From the IMG/VR virus record IMGVR_UViG_3300037855_000080, positions 1 through 25,282 of that record: DNA of 25,282 bases; one strand, 5' to 3'. The stretch comes from a virus. Taxonomy: Duplodnaviria; Caudoviricetes. The notes under the pieces are model-generated. The model was not told where the DNA came from, ran no database searches, and saw only the letters and a list, made by a program, of their open reading frames with translations. The position numbers and the translations under genes are program-made. Below are positions 1-7,081 of the stretch, piece by piece; within the stretch, counting starts at the first letter, position 1, and each line of letters opens with the position of its first letter.

Positions 1-531
1 ATGATCGGCCTGGGCAAAAAAGACGAAGACGGCAAGCAGGTGCGCATCGAGCACCGGGGCAAATACACGCGTGCCTCGCGCACTGGCGGTGTTGCGGTTC
101 GCGGCGAGAAGAAGGTCGGCTCGGTCAATCTGACCGCCAATTCGTCCAAGGGCCTGCGTGCCTCGACGCGCATCGCCAACGGAACACGCGTTGCGCTGCA
201 AAATGGCCGGTTTCAGCTGATTGGCCGTTGGCGTTCGGGCCCTGTTGGTTTCAACCTGTCCAAGACCCGTGTCAGCGCATCTGTGAAGAACAAGGCGGGC
301 ACCTTTAACTTCCTCAAACCGCAGTATTCATCCTTTAAACTTGCCGGAATCCAGCTGCGCGGACGGAAGGCCGCAGAACTACAAATGATCTATATGCTGA
401 TCATGACCGTGGTGTTTGCGGTCATCTTCGGCGTAAAACTGTTTGTGTTTCTGGCTTGGCTCTTATCGTTGCCTGTCTTGTTTATATGGGACTTGATCGT
501 CGGGTTTGTGCAAGGCGTGCGCAGCAGCTGA
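1..531 (+). CDS. Hypothetical membrane-anchored basic protein, DUF4236-like
   Basis: 176 aa ORF; K/R-rich beta-type N-terminal region with a GPVGFNLSKTRVSASV motif resembling DUF4236; long hydrophobic C-terminal stretch; upstream context lies outside the window. Confidence 0.65.
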   Translation: MIGLGKKDEDGKQVRIEHRGKYTRASRTGGVAVRGEKKVGSVNLTANSSKGLRASTRIANGTRVALQNGRFQLIGRWRSGPVGFNLSKTRVSASVKNKAGTFNFLKPQYSSFKLAGIQLRGRKAAELQMIYMLIMTVVFAVIFGVKLFVFLAWLLSLPVLFIWDLIVGFVQGVRSS

Positions 532-585
532 TCTTACCAGGTAGAACTGCCAACGTATTGTCTGCCCAGCCATCAGGACACCCAG

Positions 586-1245
586 TCACCTTTCCGCCCT
601 CGGCACCCAAACAGAGAATACCCCACTTTCGTCTGTGATCCTTTGCTCGATCCGCGCCGCGGCTTCTGCGGCATCAATCGCATCAAGGATCTTGGCCTGC
701 GCGGCATTGAACGCCACGGCATCAGCAATGCTGTCGGTCCGATGGTTCAGCCCCGTGGTGCTGTCATGCCAGATGAAGGCATCAAAGCCCGCGAGATCAT
801 CGCGTGCGGGATCGACCAGTTCCCAAGTCTCCGCACCGTCATCGCCGATGCGCACACCGTTTATCACGCGCGCCGCGGCATGATCCTGCTTTAACGCGGC
901 GAAGCGGCGTCGATCGTAATCCCGAGCAGCGACCAGGCTTTCATGGATCTGCCCATCGGCGGTGCGGAAGACGTTTTCTGCAATGTGATCACCAAAATAC
1001 ATGATGGCCTCGGGGCGCGTGCGCAGATCGTAACACCATTTCAGCCACCCTTCGGCTGTCGCGTGGTCGGGGTCCGCACTTTGGGCTGCATCAACTTCAA
1101 TTGTCTCCATCATGCCCAGCATGACCTCATACCCTTGCGCATAGTCGAACTCCGTCACACCCGCCGCGTCAAAGACCCGCTGCAATGTCTGATATGCGCC
1201 GTCGCACACGCCCATGTCTTTGAAGAATTGCAATGTGGTTTTCAT
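586..1245 (-). CDS. Hypothetical protein, possible fibre/adhesin assembly factor
   Basis: 219 aa from ATG at 1245 (MKTTLQFF), ATGA overlap with the stop of 1242..1727; acidic; last gene of the fibre cassette. Confidence 0.7.
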   Translation of the reverse strand: MKTTLQFFKDMGVCDGAYQTLQRVFDAAGVTEFDYAQGYEVMLGMMETIEVDAAQSADPDHATAEGWLKWCYDLRTRPEAIMYFGDHIAENVFRTADGQIHESLVAARDYDRRRFAALKQDHAAARVINGVRIGDDGAETWELVDPARDDLAGFDAFIWHDSTTGLNHRTDSIADAVAFNAAQAKILDAIDAAEAAARIEQRITDESGVFSVWVPRAER

Positions 1246-1727
1246 CCGACTGCTCCATATGTGCGAGCTGATCCGGCCAGCCATGTGACGGCATGCCCGT
1301 TGGTGTTGATGGCTTTGCCGCCGGCAGCGCCGGGGTTGCCGCCAGCCACGACTTCAAGGGCGACCGACGAAGGCCCTAGCCCGGTTCCGCCTGCTGCTCC
1401 CCACCCGCCCCCACCACCAGCAGCGCCTGTTCGTTCGGCAACCGCGGTAGTGTTGCCATCTGTGCCGACATAAACCGCAAATAAATCTCCTTTGCCGGAT
1501 TGCCCCGGCCCGCCGCCTGGCGCTGCGAAGACTGTCTGAAAAGTAGCGCCGTAAGGCGGGGTCGGTCGGTAATCGGGATAACCGGGCGAAAGGGTTGGTT
1601 GTAACCGGGGGCTGGTCATAATCAGCTCCCCAACGCCACCGCCAGTCCCCGGCAAAATACGCCCACCGCCCTGACCTGATATTCCGCCAATTTTGAACGG
1701 TCCAGGATTACCGCTTCCTCCACCCAT
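1242..1727 (-). CDS. Glycine-rich adhesin, C-terminal part (T-even gp38-like)
   Basis: 161 aa; polyglycine motifs; ends GAAGGKAINTNGHAVTWLAGSARTYGAVG, resembling the gp38 C-terminus; AGGAGG 7 nt upstream of the ATG. Confidence 0.75.
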   Translation of the reverse strand: MGGGSGNPGPFKIGGISGQGGGRILPGTGGGVGELIMTSPRLQPTLSPGYPDYRPTPPYGATFQTVFAAPGGGPGQSGKGDLFAVYVGTDGNTTAVAERTGAAGGGGGWGAAGGTGLGPSSVALEVVAGGNPGAAGGKAINTNGHAVTWLAGSARTYGAVG

Positions 1728-1738
1728 CTCGTTTCCTC

Positions 1739-2518
1739 CTAAAGACCGCCGCCCTGTTGGGCGCCAGCGCCGCCTGCACCACCCGCGCCCCCATGGCTTG
1801 CAATGGTTGCTCCGGCCCAGTTGTTTGAATCCGTGGCTACTGATCCTGGCTGGCCGATTGCACCACCCGCACCAAAGGAGCCCAGTACAGTGCCATCTGT
1901 ATTGCCGTAAGGCATAGCCCCGCCGCGGCCACCACCAGCACCGCCGCCACCGGGACTGTGTGCAGGTACGTTCAAGATCGCTAAAAGCTCGCCAGATTGT
2001 CCAGCACCGCCACCACCGCCACCACCAATATAGCCGCCCGCATTATCAATGCTGATCGGACCGGTCAGGGCGATGGCTGGCCCACCAGGTGTTGGCGCGA
2101 CGTAAGTGACACGGTCGCCTTGCATAAAGCCACCGTCTCCCCCCTTGCCCATGATGAAGCCGTTGTTGATCAGTGTGAGCCCGCCGGGGAAGGCGCCACC
2201 CATATCGAGGGCGGGAGTCGAGGTATTGTCTGACCAGATGTAAACGCCGGACGCGATTGTGACCCTCGCGGCGGAGGCCCCATCCCAGCCTTGGCCCAAA
2301 AGATAGTTGCGCAAGTTCAGATGCAGCTGATGCGCGGAGATTGTGTGCGAGAACTGCGCAGACTTGCCCCTGAGGCTGAGTTTGCCGATGGGCCCAGTCG
2401 GCACGCCTGCAAGCGCGCGCACGGCAGCTTCCCCAAGCGAGATGGTTGCGGTGGCAGGGCGCCCAAGCTCGGTATTAACGGCCGAGAGTGAGAGCGGCCC
2501 TGTGGTAGGAAGCGGCAT
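1739..2518 (-). CDS. Glycine-rich adhesin, N-terminal part (T-even gp38-like receptor-recognition protein)
   Basis: 259 aa; helical adaptor-like N-terminus ending LRGKS, then LINNGFIMGKGGDGG and IDNAGGYIGGGGGGG motifs typical of gp38-like adhesins. Confidence 0.8.
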   Translation of the reverse strand: MPLPTTGPLSLSAVNTELGRPATATISLGEAAVRALAGVPTGPIGKLSLRGKSAQFSHTISAHQLHLNLRNYLLGQGWDGASAARVTIASGVYIWSDNTSTPALDMGGAFPGGLTLINNGFIMGKGGDGGFMQGDRVTYVAPTPGGPAIALTGPISIDNAGGYIGGGGGGGAGQSGELLAILNVPAHSPGGGGAGGGRGGAMPYGNTDGTVLGSFGAGGAIGQPGSVATDSNNWAGATIASHGGAGGAGGAGAQQGGGL

Positions 2519-2521
2519 GGG

Positions 2522-2812
2522 TTACGGGCTCCCAAAGGCTATGACATTGCCCAGCACAGTCAGATTGCCCGAGGCGTCGAGCACCATGATATTGGTGCCG
2601 TTGTGGCGAAAGGTCAGGGTCGTGCCGCTGGCATGTGCCGTGAAGGCACCCCAGCGGGCCCCCACCTCGACGATCTGCTCTGTGCCATCGGCGCGCTTGA
2701 GAAAGAGCTTTCCATCGCGGGTGTTGATTGCGAGCTCGCCCAGATCAAGCTGAGCCGTGGTTGGCACCTTGGTGGCAACCGAAGAGCGTTTCATACGAAT
2801 GATACTGGCCAT
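2522..2812 (-). CDS. Short tail-fibre tip/adaptor protein with Mtd-N-like N-terminal domain
   Basis: 96 aa; IRMKRS..VP....LDLGELAINTRDGKLF motif; C-terminal LDASGNLTVLGNVIAF fibre-tip motif; AGGAGG RBS. Confidence 0.75.
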   Translation of the reverse strand: MASIIRMKRSSVATKVPTTAQLDLGELAINTRDGKLFLKRADGTEQIVEVGARWGAFTAHASGTTLTFRHNGTNIMVLDASGNLTVLGNVIAFGSP

Positions 2813-2859
2813 GTGGCCTCCTGCGGTTCAGCCTCATGTGAGGCAAGGATCAAGGCGGA

Positions 2860-3975
2860 TCAGAACGTACCGCCGTCAAGGGTGATGCCGGTGATGCTGC
2901 CACCGGTAATGGCCACAGCATCGGCCGCTTGGGTGGCAAGAGAGCCAAGCCCAAGGTTACTGCGTGCCGTGGTCTTGTTTGGCAGATCCGCGAGGTTGGA
3001 GGCTGCAGCCAGCTTGCCGGCCAGCCCATTGGTCACCGTGCTGGCAAAGTTCGGATCATCGCCTAGGGCTGCGGCAAGTTCATTCAGCGTATCAAGCGCA
3101 CCGGGGGCGGCATCGACCAGCGCGCCAATCGCGCTCGCAACAAAGGCCGTGGTCGCAAGCTGGGTTGTGTTGGTCCCGGCAGCAGGTGTCGGCGCGGTGG
3201 GCGTGCCGCTCAGCGCCGGCGAGGCAAGTGCTGCCTTGGCATCAAGCGCCGCCTGCAGCCCGGTGACCTGCGCGATCGCGTGGCTGTGGGTTGCGGGCGT
3301 AAAGCTCGTGGGCTTGCCCGTCACCCCTGTCCAGGGCACGCTGTCAGCGGCCTCTGCCGCATCCACCTTACCATTGTTGTTGGTGTCATAGGTCGCTTTT
3401 GCCATGTCGCCTGCGCCAAAGCCCGTCAGCGCGGCTTGCACAAAGGCAGTGGTGGCAATCTGGGTTGTGTTGGTCCCGCCGGTCGCTGTGGGGGCCGTTG
3501 GCGTACCGGTCAAGCCAGGCGAGGCGAGTGCGGCCTTGGCGTTCAGCGCCGTCTGCAGCCCCGTCACATCTGCAATGGCATGGCTGTGGGAAGTTGCGGC
3601 TTTACTATCAAGTGCTGTCTGCAAACCGCTCACCTGCGCGATCGAATGCGTATGCGCGCTGTTGGCCTTGCCTGCGAGCCCGGTATCGAACTGCGACTTA
3701 CGCACAAGATCGGTACTGGCGCTCGCGTCCTGGCTCGATTTGGGCACCACCGCGAAGGTCTTGGCGCCCGCAATGCTCTGGGCCCCGGTCAGATCTACAA
3801 AAGCCCCGCGTCCGGCCAGCGGCAAGATGGCTGTGGCATTACCTGCGCCGTCATCGCCCTTGCCAATATAAAGGGTGTCATCGACTTCGTTATGAGCGAC
3901 CTCACCGGATTTCAGGGCGGCGGGCGCGCCGGCATTGCCGGCCTGGCGGCGTTTGAACTGGATCGTATTGGCCAT
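2860..3975 (-). CDS. Tail fibre protein
   Basis: 371 aa from ATG at 3975 (MANTIQFKRR, TGATG overlap); HxHxIAxVxGLQxAL repeats x3; SPxLxGTPTAPT..NTTQxATTAFV repeats x2; APGALDTLNELAAALGDDPNFA motif. Confidence 0.9.
   Translation of the reverse strand: MANTIQFKRRQAGNAGAPAALKSGEVAHNEVDDTLYIGKGDDGAGNATAILPLAGRGAFVDLTGAQSIAGAKTFAVVPKSSQDASASTDLVRKSQFDTGLAGKANSAHTHSIAQVSGLQTALDSKAATSHSHAIADVTGLQTALNAKAALASPGLTGTPTAPTATGGTNTTQIATTAFVQAALTGFGAGDMAKATYDTNNNGKVDAAEAADSVPWTGVTGKPTSFTPATHSHAIAQVTGLQAALDAKAALASPALSGTPTAPTPAAGTNTTQLATTAFVASAIGALVDAAPGALDTLNELAAALGDDPNFASTVTNGLAGKLAAASNLADLPNKTTARSNLGLGSLATQAADAVAITGGSITGITLDGGTF
3141..3599. repeat. Diverged ~150 bp intragenic direct repeat, copies at ~3141-3290 and ~3441-3590
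   Basis: The copies align at an exact 300 bp offset, e.g. caaaggc.gtggt.gcaa.ctgggttgtgttggtcccg and tggctgtggg in both. Confidence 0.85.
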
Positions 3976-4181
3976 CAGAAGAAGCCTCCGTTGATAGGTG
4001 TGTCGGTGGGTAGGATGGTGATGCCGGGATCGCCTTGGTCGCCCTTGTCGCCTTGCGGACCAATCGCACCTTGCGGCCCGGGCTGGCCGCCGATCCGGAT
4101 GCGGTAAGGACCACTCGCGACCCGTAGGCGCACAGGTGCTGTGAGGGTGATGGGACCCATCTGGGGTAAAACGTAGCTCAT
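3975..4181 (-). CDS. Small collagen-like virion protein
   Basis: 68 aa; Gly-X-Y run GQPGPQGAIGPQGDKGDQGDPG; coupled to both neighbours; ends INGGFF. Confidence 0.8.
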   Translation of the reverse strand: MSYVLPQMGPITLTAPVRLRVASGPYRIRIGGQPGPQGAIGPQGDKGDQGDPGITILPTDTPINGGFF

Positions 4182-4531
4182 GTTGCAAGCCCGCGCGTCA
4201 CCGGCAGGATGACCGGCAGTTCCAAGAGAAAGCCCAGATGCAGATCGGGCGCGAGATCGGTGCGCACGAGATCAAGCATGACGCGTCCGGGCGGGAGGCC
4301 TACAGTTTGCTCGGGACGTAGCGCCAGTTCCAGAACCGTATCGCTGATCCGTATGATCCCGTGATCGACACTGGTGAGCGTGGCCAAAACCTCGGCGGCA
4401 TTCTGTCGCTCGCGGATTTGCCCCGCATAGCTTGCACCTTCGGCAAAGACCGGCGCTTCCGCCTCAATCTGCAGCCGCCACGCGTATCCGATCAGAACAG
4501 CCGGGCCCTCCGTCACAGTAGTGGTCGTCAT
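4178..4531 (-). CDS. Putative fibre-attachment adaptor (BppU-N-like beta-sandwich)
   Basis: 117 aa from ATG at 4531 (MTTTTVTEG) with GGAG RBS; GQIRE..AAEVLATL..LELALRPEQT..L..MLDL pattern recalls phage Ig-like adaptors; fold is inference. Confidence 0.6.
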   Translation of the reverse strand: MTTTTVTEGPAVLIGYAWRLQIEAEAPVFAEGASYAGQIRERQNAAEVLATLTSVDHGIIRISDTVLELALRPEQTVGLPPGRVMLDLVRTDLAPDLHLGFLLELPVILPVTRGLAT

Positions 4532-4562
4532 GTTTTGCTCCAAATGCCGGGATTGCGCCGGA

Positions 4563-4591
4563 TTGCGACTTGGCAAACGCGAGGATAGAAA
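4563..4591 (+). promoter_or_regulatory. Candidate sigma70 promoter for the UPF0149 gene
   Basis: TTGCGA (4563-4568), 17 nt spacer, TAGAAA (4586-4591); GGGAG RBS before the ATG at 4619. Confidence 0.4.
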
Positions 4592-4618
4592 ACACCCGGA
4601 AATGCCGGGAGAATTTAC

Positions 4619-5302
4619 ATGGGACAATCCGATCAAGACCTCGATCACCTGAGCGAGTTGCTGCATGCGCTGCCCACTCAGAACATGCCCATGACGCTCA
4701 GCGAACTGGACGGATATGTGACCGGCGTTCTGGCCTGTCCGGACATGATCCCACCATCGGAATGGTTGCCCCTTGTCTGGGGAGAAACCGGCGATGCCGC
4801 GTTTGCTAACCAGCAGACGGCAGAAGAAACCATTGGTGCCGTCATGGCACATTACAATTCCGTTGCCGACGCGATAACCCGCAGCCTCTGGGTTGAACCT
4901 ATCTATGAGATTGACCCCAACAGCGACGAGACGATGTGGGAGCCTTGGATCGATGGCTTCACCCGCGCGATGGGCCTCAGACCGGATGCCTGGTCAAACC
5001 TGCTCGACGCTGCCGATGAAGAAACAAAGGCCACACTGATTTTCATGATGGCGCTGCAAGACATTTATACTGGAAATAGCAAATTCACGGAGGAGGAGAT
5101 CGACGAGATCGACCTCGAGGCACCTGATTTGATCCCAAATTGCGTGGCAACAATCCTTCACCAGTCTCGCCCCGAACTCGCGGGACAGGCTCCAGCCAAC
5201 CTGCCGGGGCAGCCGTTTCAGGCAGGCCTGCGACCCGGCCGAAACGATCCATGTAGCTGCGGGTCGGGTCGCAAATACAAGCAGTGCTGCGGCCGCAACT
5301 GA
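4619..5302 (+). CDS. yecA: UPF0149/YecA-family protein with C-terminal SEC-C metal-binding motif
   Basis: 227 aa; [31 protein letters not shown] and WIDGFTRAM motifs; ends [22 protein letters not shown]. Confidence 0.9.
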   Translation: MGQSDQDLDHLSELLHALPTQNMPMTLSELDGYVTGVLACPDMIPPSEWLPLVWGETGDAAFANQQTAEETIGAVMAHYNSVADAITRSLWVEPIYEIDPNSDETMWEPWIDGFTRAMGLRPDAWSNLLDAADEETKATLIFMMALQDIYTGNSKFTEEEIDEIDLEAPDLIPNCVATILHQSRPELAGQAPANLPGQPFQAGLRPGRNDPCSCGSGRKYKQCCGRN

Positions 5303-5318
5303 AAGCTATAGATCAATT

Positions 5319-5522
5319 TCAGGACCGCCACCCGCATAGGCGCGCGCCGACCTCGTTGTGTGCCACAATCTGCGCAAGCGTCACGTCACTCAAAACATCA
5401 TGGCGCGACGGCTGAATAGGCTCTGCCCAATCGCAATCGTCCCGCAAGCCTCGGGGATCAATCCCGCATCCAGCGGTGAGCGCGGCGCTCAAGATCAGCG
5501 CGGTCAGCGTTTTGCACGGCAT
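5319..5522 (-). CDS. Outer-membrane spanin (o-spanin, Rz1-like lipoprotein)
   Basis: 67 aa from ATG at 5522 with AAAGGA RBS; signal peptide and lipobox LTAG-C; starts within the i-spanin gene in the +1 frame. Confidence 0.8.
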   Translation of the reverse strand: MPCKTLTALILSAALTAGCGIDPRGLRDDCDWAEPIQPSRHDVLSDVTLAQIVAHNEVGARLCGWRS

Positions 5523-5715
5523 GGCGAATGTCCTTTGAGGTTTGCATTGATCTGACCCGCGCATCGGCACGGCGGATGGCCAATTCGGCCTCGGCTGCTT
5601 GGCGCCCCTGGCGGAAGGCGATCCAGAGGGCGGCAAAGACGGCCAAAGCCATGGCGCCGTAGAACGCAGCCCGCCTACCAAAGCCACTCAGGAATACGCG
5701 GACAACGCCGATCAT
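5458..5715 (-). CDS. Inner-membrane spanin (i-spanin, Rz-like)
   Basis: 85 aa; single N-terminal TM helix followed by an Ala/Arg-rich helical domain; directly after the endolysin. Confidence 0.75.
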   Translation of the reverse strand: MIGVVRVFLSGFGRRAAFYGAMALAVFAALWIAFRQGRQAAEAELAIRRADARVRSMQTSKDIRHAVQNADRADLERRAHRWMRD

Positions 5716-6644
5716 GGCGTGCGTCCTGCCCGGTGATCTTCAATGCGGGCGGACCGTGCCTTCAGCGCATAGAGAATGACACCAACAAACATCACCACCC
5801 CGATCCATGGCAAGGCCACGGTCAGCCACGCCTCAAGACCTGCGAGCGCGAAGATCCGGGAGGCTGTATCCCGGGCCTGTTCGGCCTCAATCAATGCCGG
5901 TGCGATCTGAGAGGTGATGGAGCCTGCGGCCCCCAGAACCCCAAGCCCGATTTGCGCATTCGCCGCCGTCACGATGCGGCTGTCCTCTGGTGCACCCGCC
6001 GCCCGTTTAGGCGCAACGTTGCGCGGGTTCGCTAATTTCAGAGCCTCCTCGAACACCACATCAATGATCGGCACCAGCGGCAGCGCATGGTCATCACGGA
6101 AGGCGAGGATTGCGGCCCGGGTGCGGGGGCCGATCATACCGTCAACCGCTCCCACCTCGTGATAGCCAAGCGCGCGCAGGCGGGTCTGCACATCGCGAAC
6201 GGTCAACGTGGCAGCAGGAGCCACATTGCCCGCCCGTCGGACGCCCAAGAGCTTGGAGGCGGGATAGCGCTTTATATTGACCGCATCGGACTGGTTGCCG
6301 CCTAAGCCCCAAACCCATGGCCCGTCGATCCGGTCAATGAAGAACACATGTCCCTGCCAGCTGGAGGTCCCGCGCGGGATTACAGCAATATCGCCGGGCT
6401 GCGCGTCTGCGATCTCGACCGGAATGCCCCAGTCCAGATAGGACCGCGCGGTGAGCTTTCGCGTTGACCGGATGCCCGCCCGCTCAAGGCAGTGCCCCAC
6501 AAAGGCCGCGCACCAAGCCACGCTGTCATGCTCAACCCAATCGTGCCCGACCGAGGCGTACATCGCCACGATGGCAGGGTTGTTCTCAGGGCCGGGGCCC
6601 TCGGTCGTGCCGATATAGCCGCGGGCAATCTCAAATGGTGTCAT
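5712..6644 (-). CDS. Endolysin: TIGR02594/NlpC-P60-like peptidase, peptidoglycan-binding domain and C-terminal hydrophobic helices
   Basis: 310 aa; AWCAAFV (Cys), QGHVFF (His), LGGNQSDAV; VQTRLRALGY..VDGMIGPRTRAAILAF PG-binding motif. Confidence 0.9.
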   Translation of the reverse strand: MTPFEIARGYIGTTEGPGPENNPAIVAMYASVGHDWVEHDSVAWCAAFVGHCLERAGIRSTRKLTARSYLDWGIPVEIADAQPGDIAVIPRGTSSWQGHVFFIDRIDGPWVWGLGGNQSDAVNIKRYPASKLLGVRRAGNVAPAATLTVRDVQTRLRALGYHEVGAVDGMIGPRTRAAILAFRDDHALPLVPIIDVVFEEALKLANPRNVAPKRAAGAPEDSRIVTAANAQIGLGVLGAAGSITSQIAPALIEAEQARDTASRIFALAGLEAWLTVALPWIGVVMFVGVILYALKARSARIEDHRAGRTP

Positions 6645-6660
6645 GGTCGTCTCCCCATGG

Positions 6661-6689
6661 AAAAGAAAACGCCGCCTTGAGGGGCGGCG
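6661..6689 (-). terminator. Intrinsic terminator-like hairpin between holin and endolysin
   Basis: Minus strand CGCCGCC-cctcaa-GGCGGCG followed by TTTTCTTTT. Confidence 0.65.
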
Positions 6690-6719
6690 GTGTGCAATTT
6701 CGGTCGTGTCAAAGAAAGG

Positions 6720-7031
6720 TTATTTCTTTTTGCCCAGCCAAGCCGCGAGCAGTGTTTCAGCACCCCGCGGCCCAAGATACGCCAGCGTCGCCACAAACCC
6801 CGTGCTGACTGGCTGGGTCAGGCCCATATAGCTGGCCGCCGCATCACCAATGAGCGCCATGCCGACGGCTACAGGGATTTCCCACAAAAGCTCTTTGCCA
6901 AAAAAGCGTCGCTTGCCCAATTTCACCTCCCCTGAATGATACATCAGCCGCCCCGTGAATGCCCCGATCAGCGTGGTGACTGCGCCGCCAAACAGGTTGT
7001 TGATCATTTCGATAAAGCTCTGGTCCTGCAT
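6720..7031 (-). CDS. Holin
   Basis: 103 aa; about three hydrophobic segments; basic C-terminus (GKKK); immediately upstream of the endolysin. Confidence 0.8.
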   Translation of the reverse strand: MQDQSFIEMINNLFGGAVTTLIGAFTGRLMYHSGEVKLGKRRFFGKELLWEIPVAVGMALIGDAAASYMGLTQPVSTGFVATLAYLGPRGAETLLAAWLGKKK

Positions 7032-7081
7032 GGCCGCCGTCTTTCGTATTGGATGGTCTCGGGCCGATGTCGCGGCCCGGC

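Noticed and set aside
1728-1745. RF2-style programmed +1 frameshift at CTT TAG
   Set aside because: The downstream ORF is in the -1 frame, the SD-like sequence lies after rather than before the site, and there is no X XXY YYZ heptamer
586-4531. Diversity-generating retroelement or invertible fibre shufflon, suggested by the Mtd-like domains
   Set aside because: No reverse transcriptase, template/variable repeat pair, invertase or flanking inverted sites are visible; the only long repeat is an in-frame intragenic duplication
4532-4852. N-terminal extension of ORF 4178..4852, and similar extensions of 2860..4188, 16987..18423, 5319..5687, 586..1284, 24480..24884 and 24773..25282
   Set aside because: The extensions overlap other genuine genes; internal ATGs with RBSs or stop-start coupling are better starts
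7060-7079. Hairpin CGGGCCG-N6-CGGCCCG after the fibre anchor gene
   Set aside because: No U tract on either strand, so it cannot be called a terminator; such stems are common in GC-rich DNA
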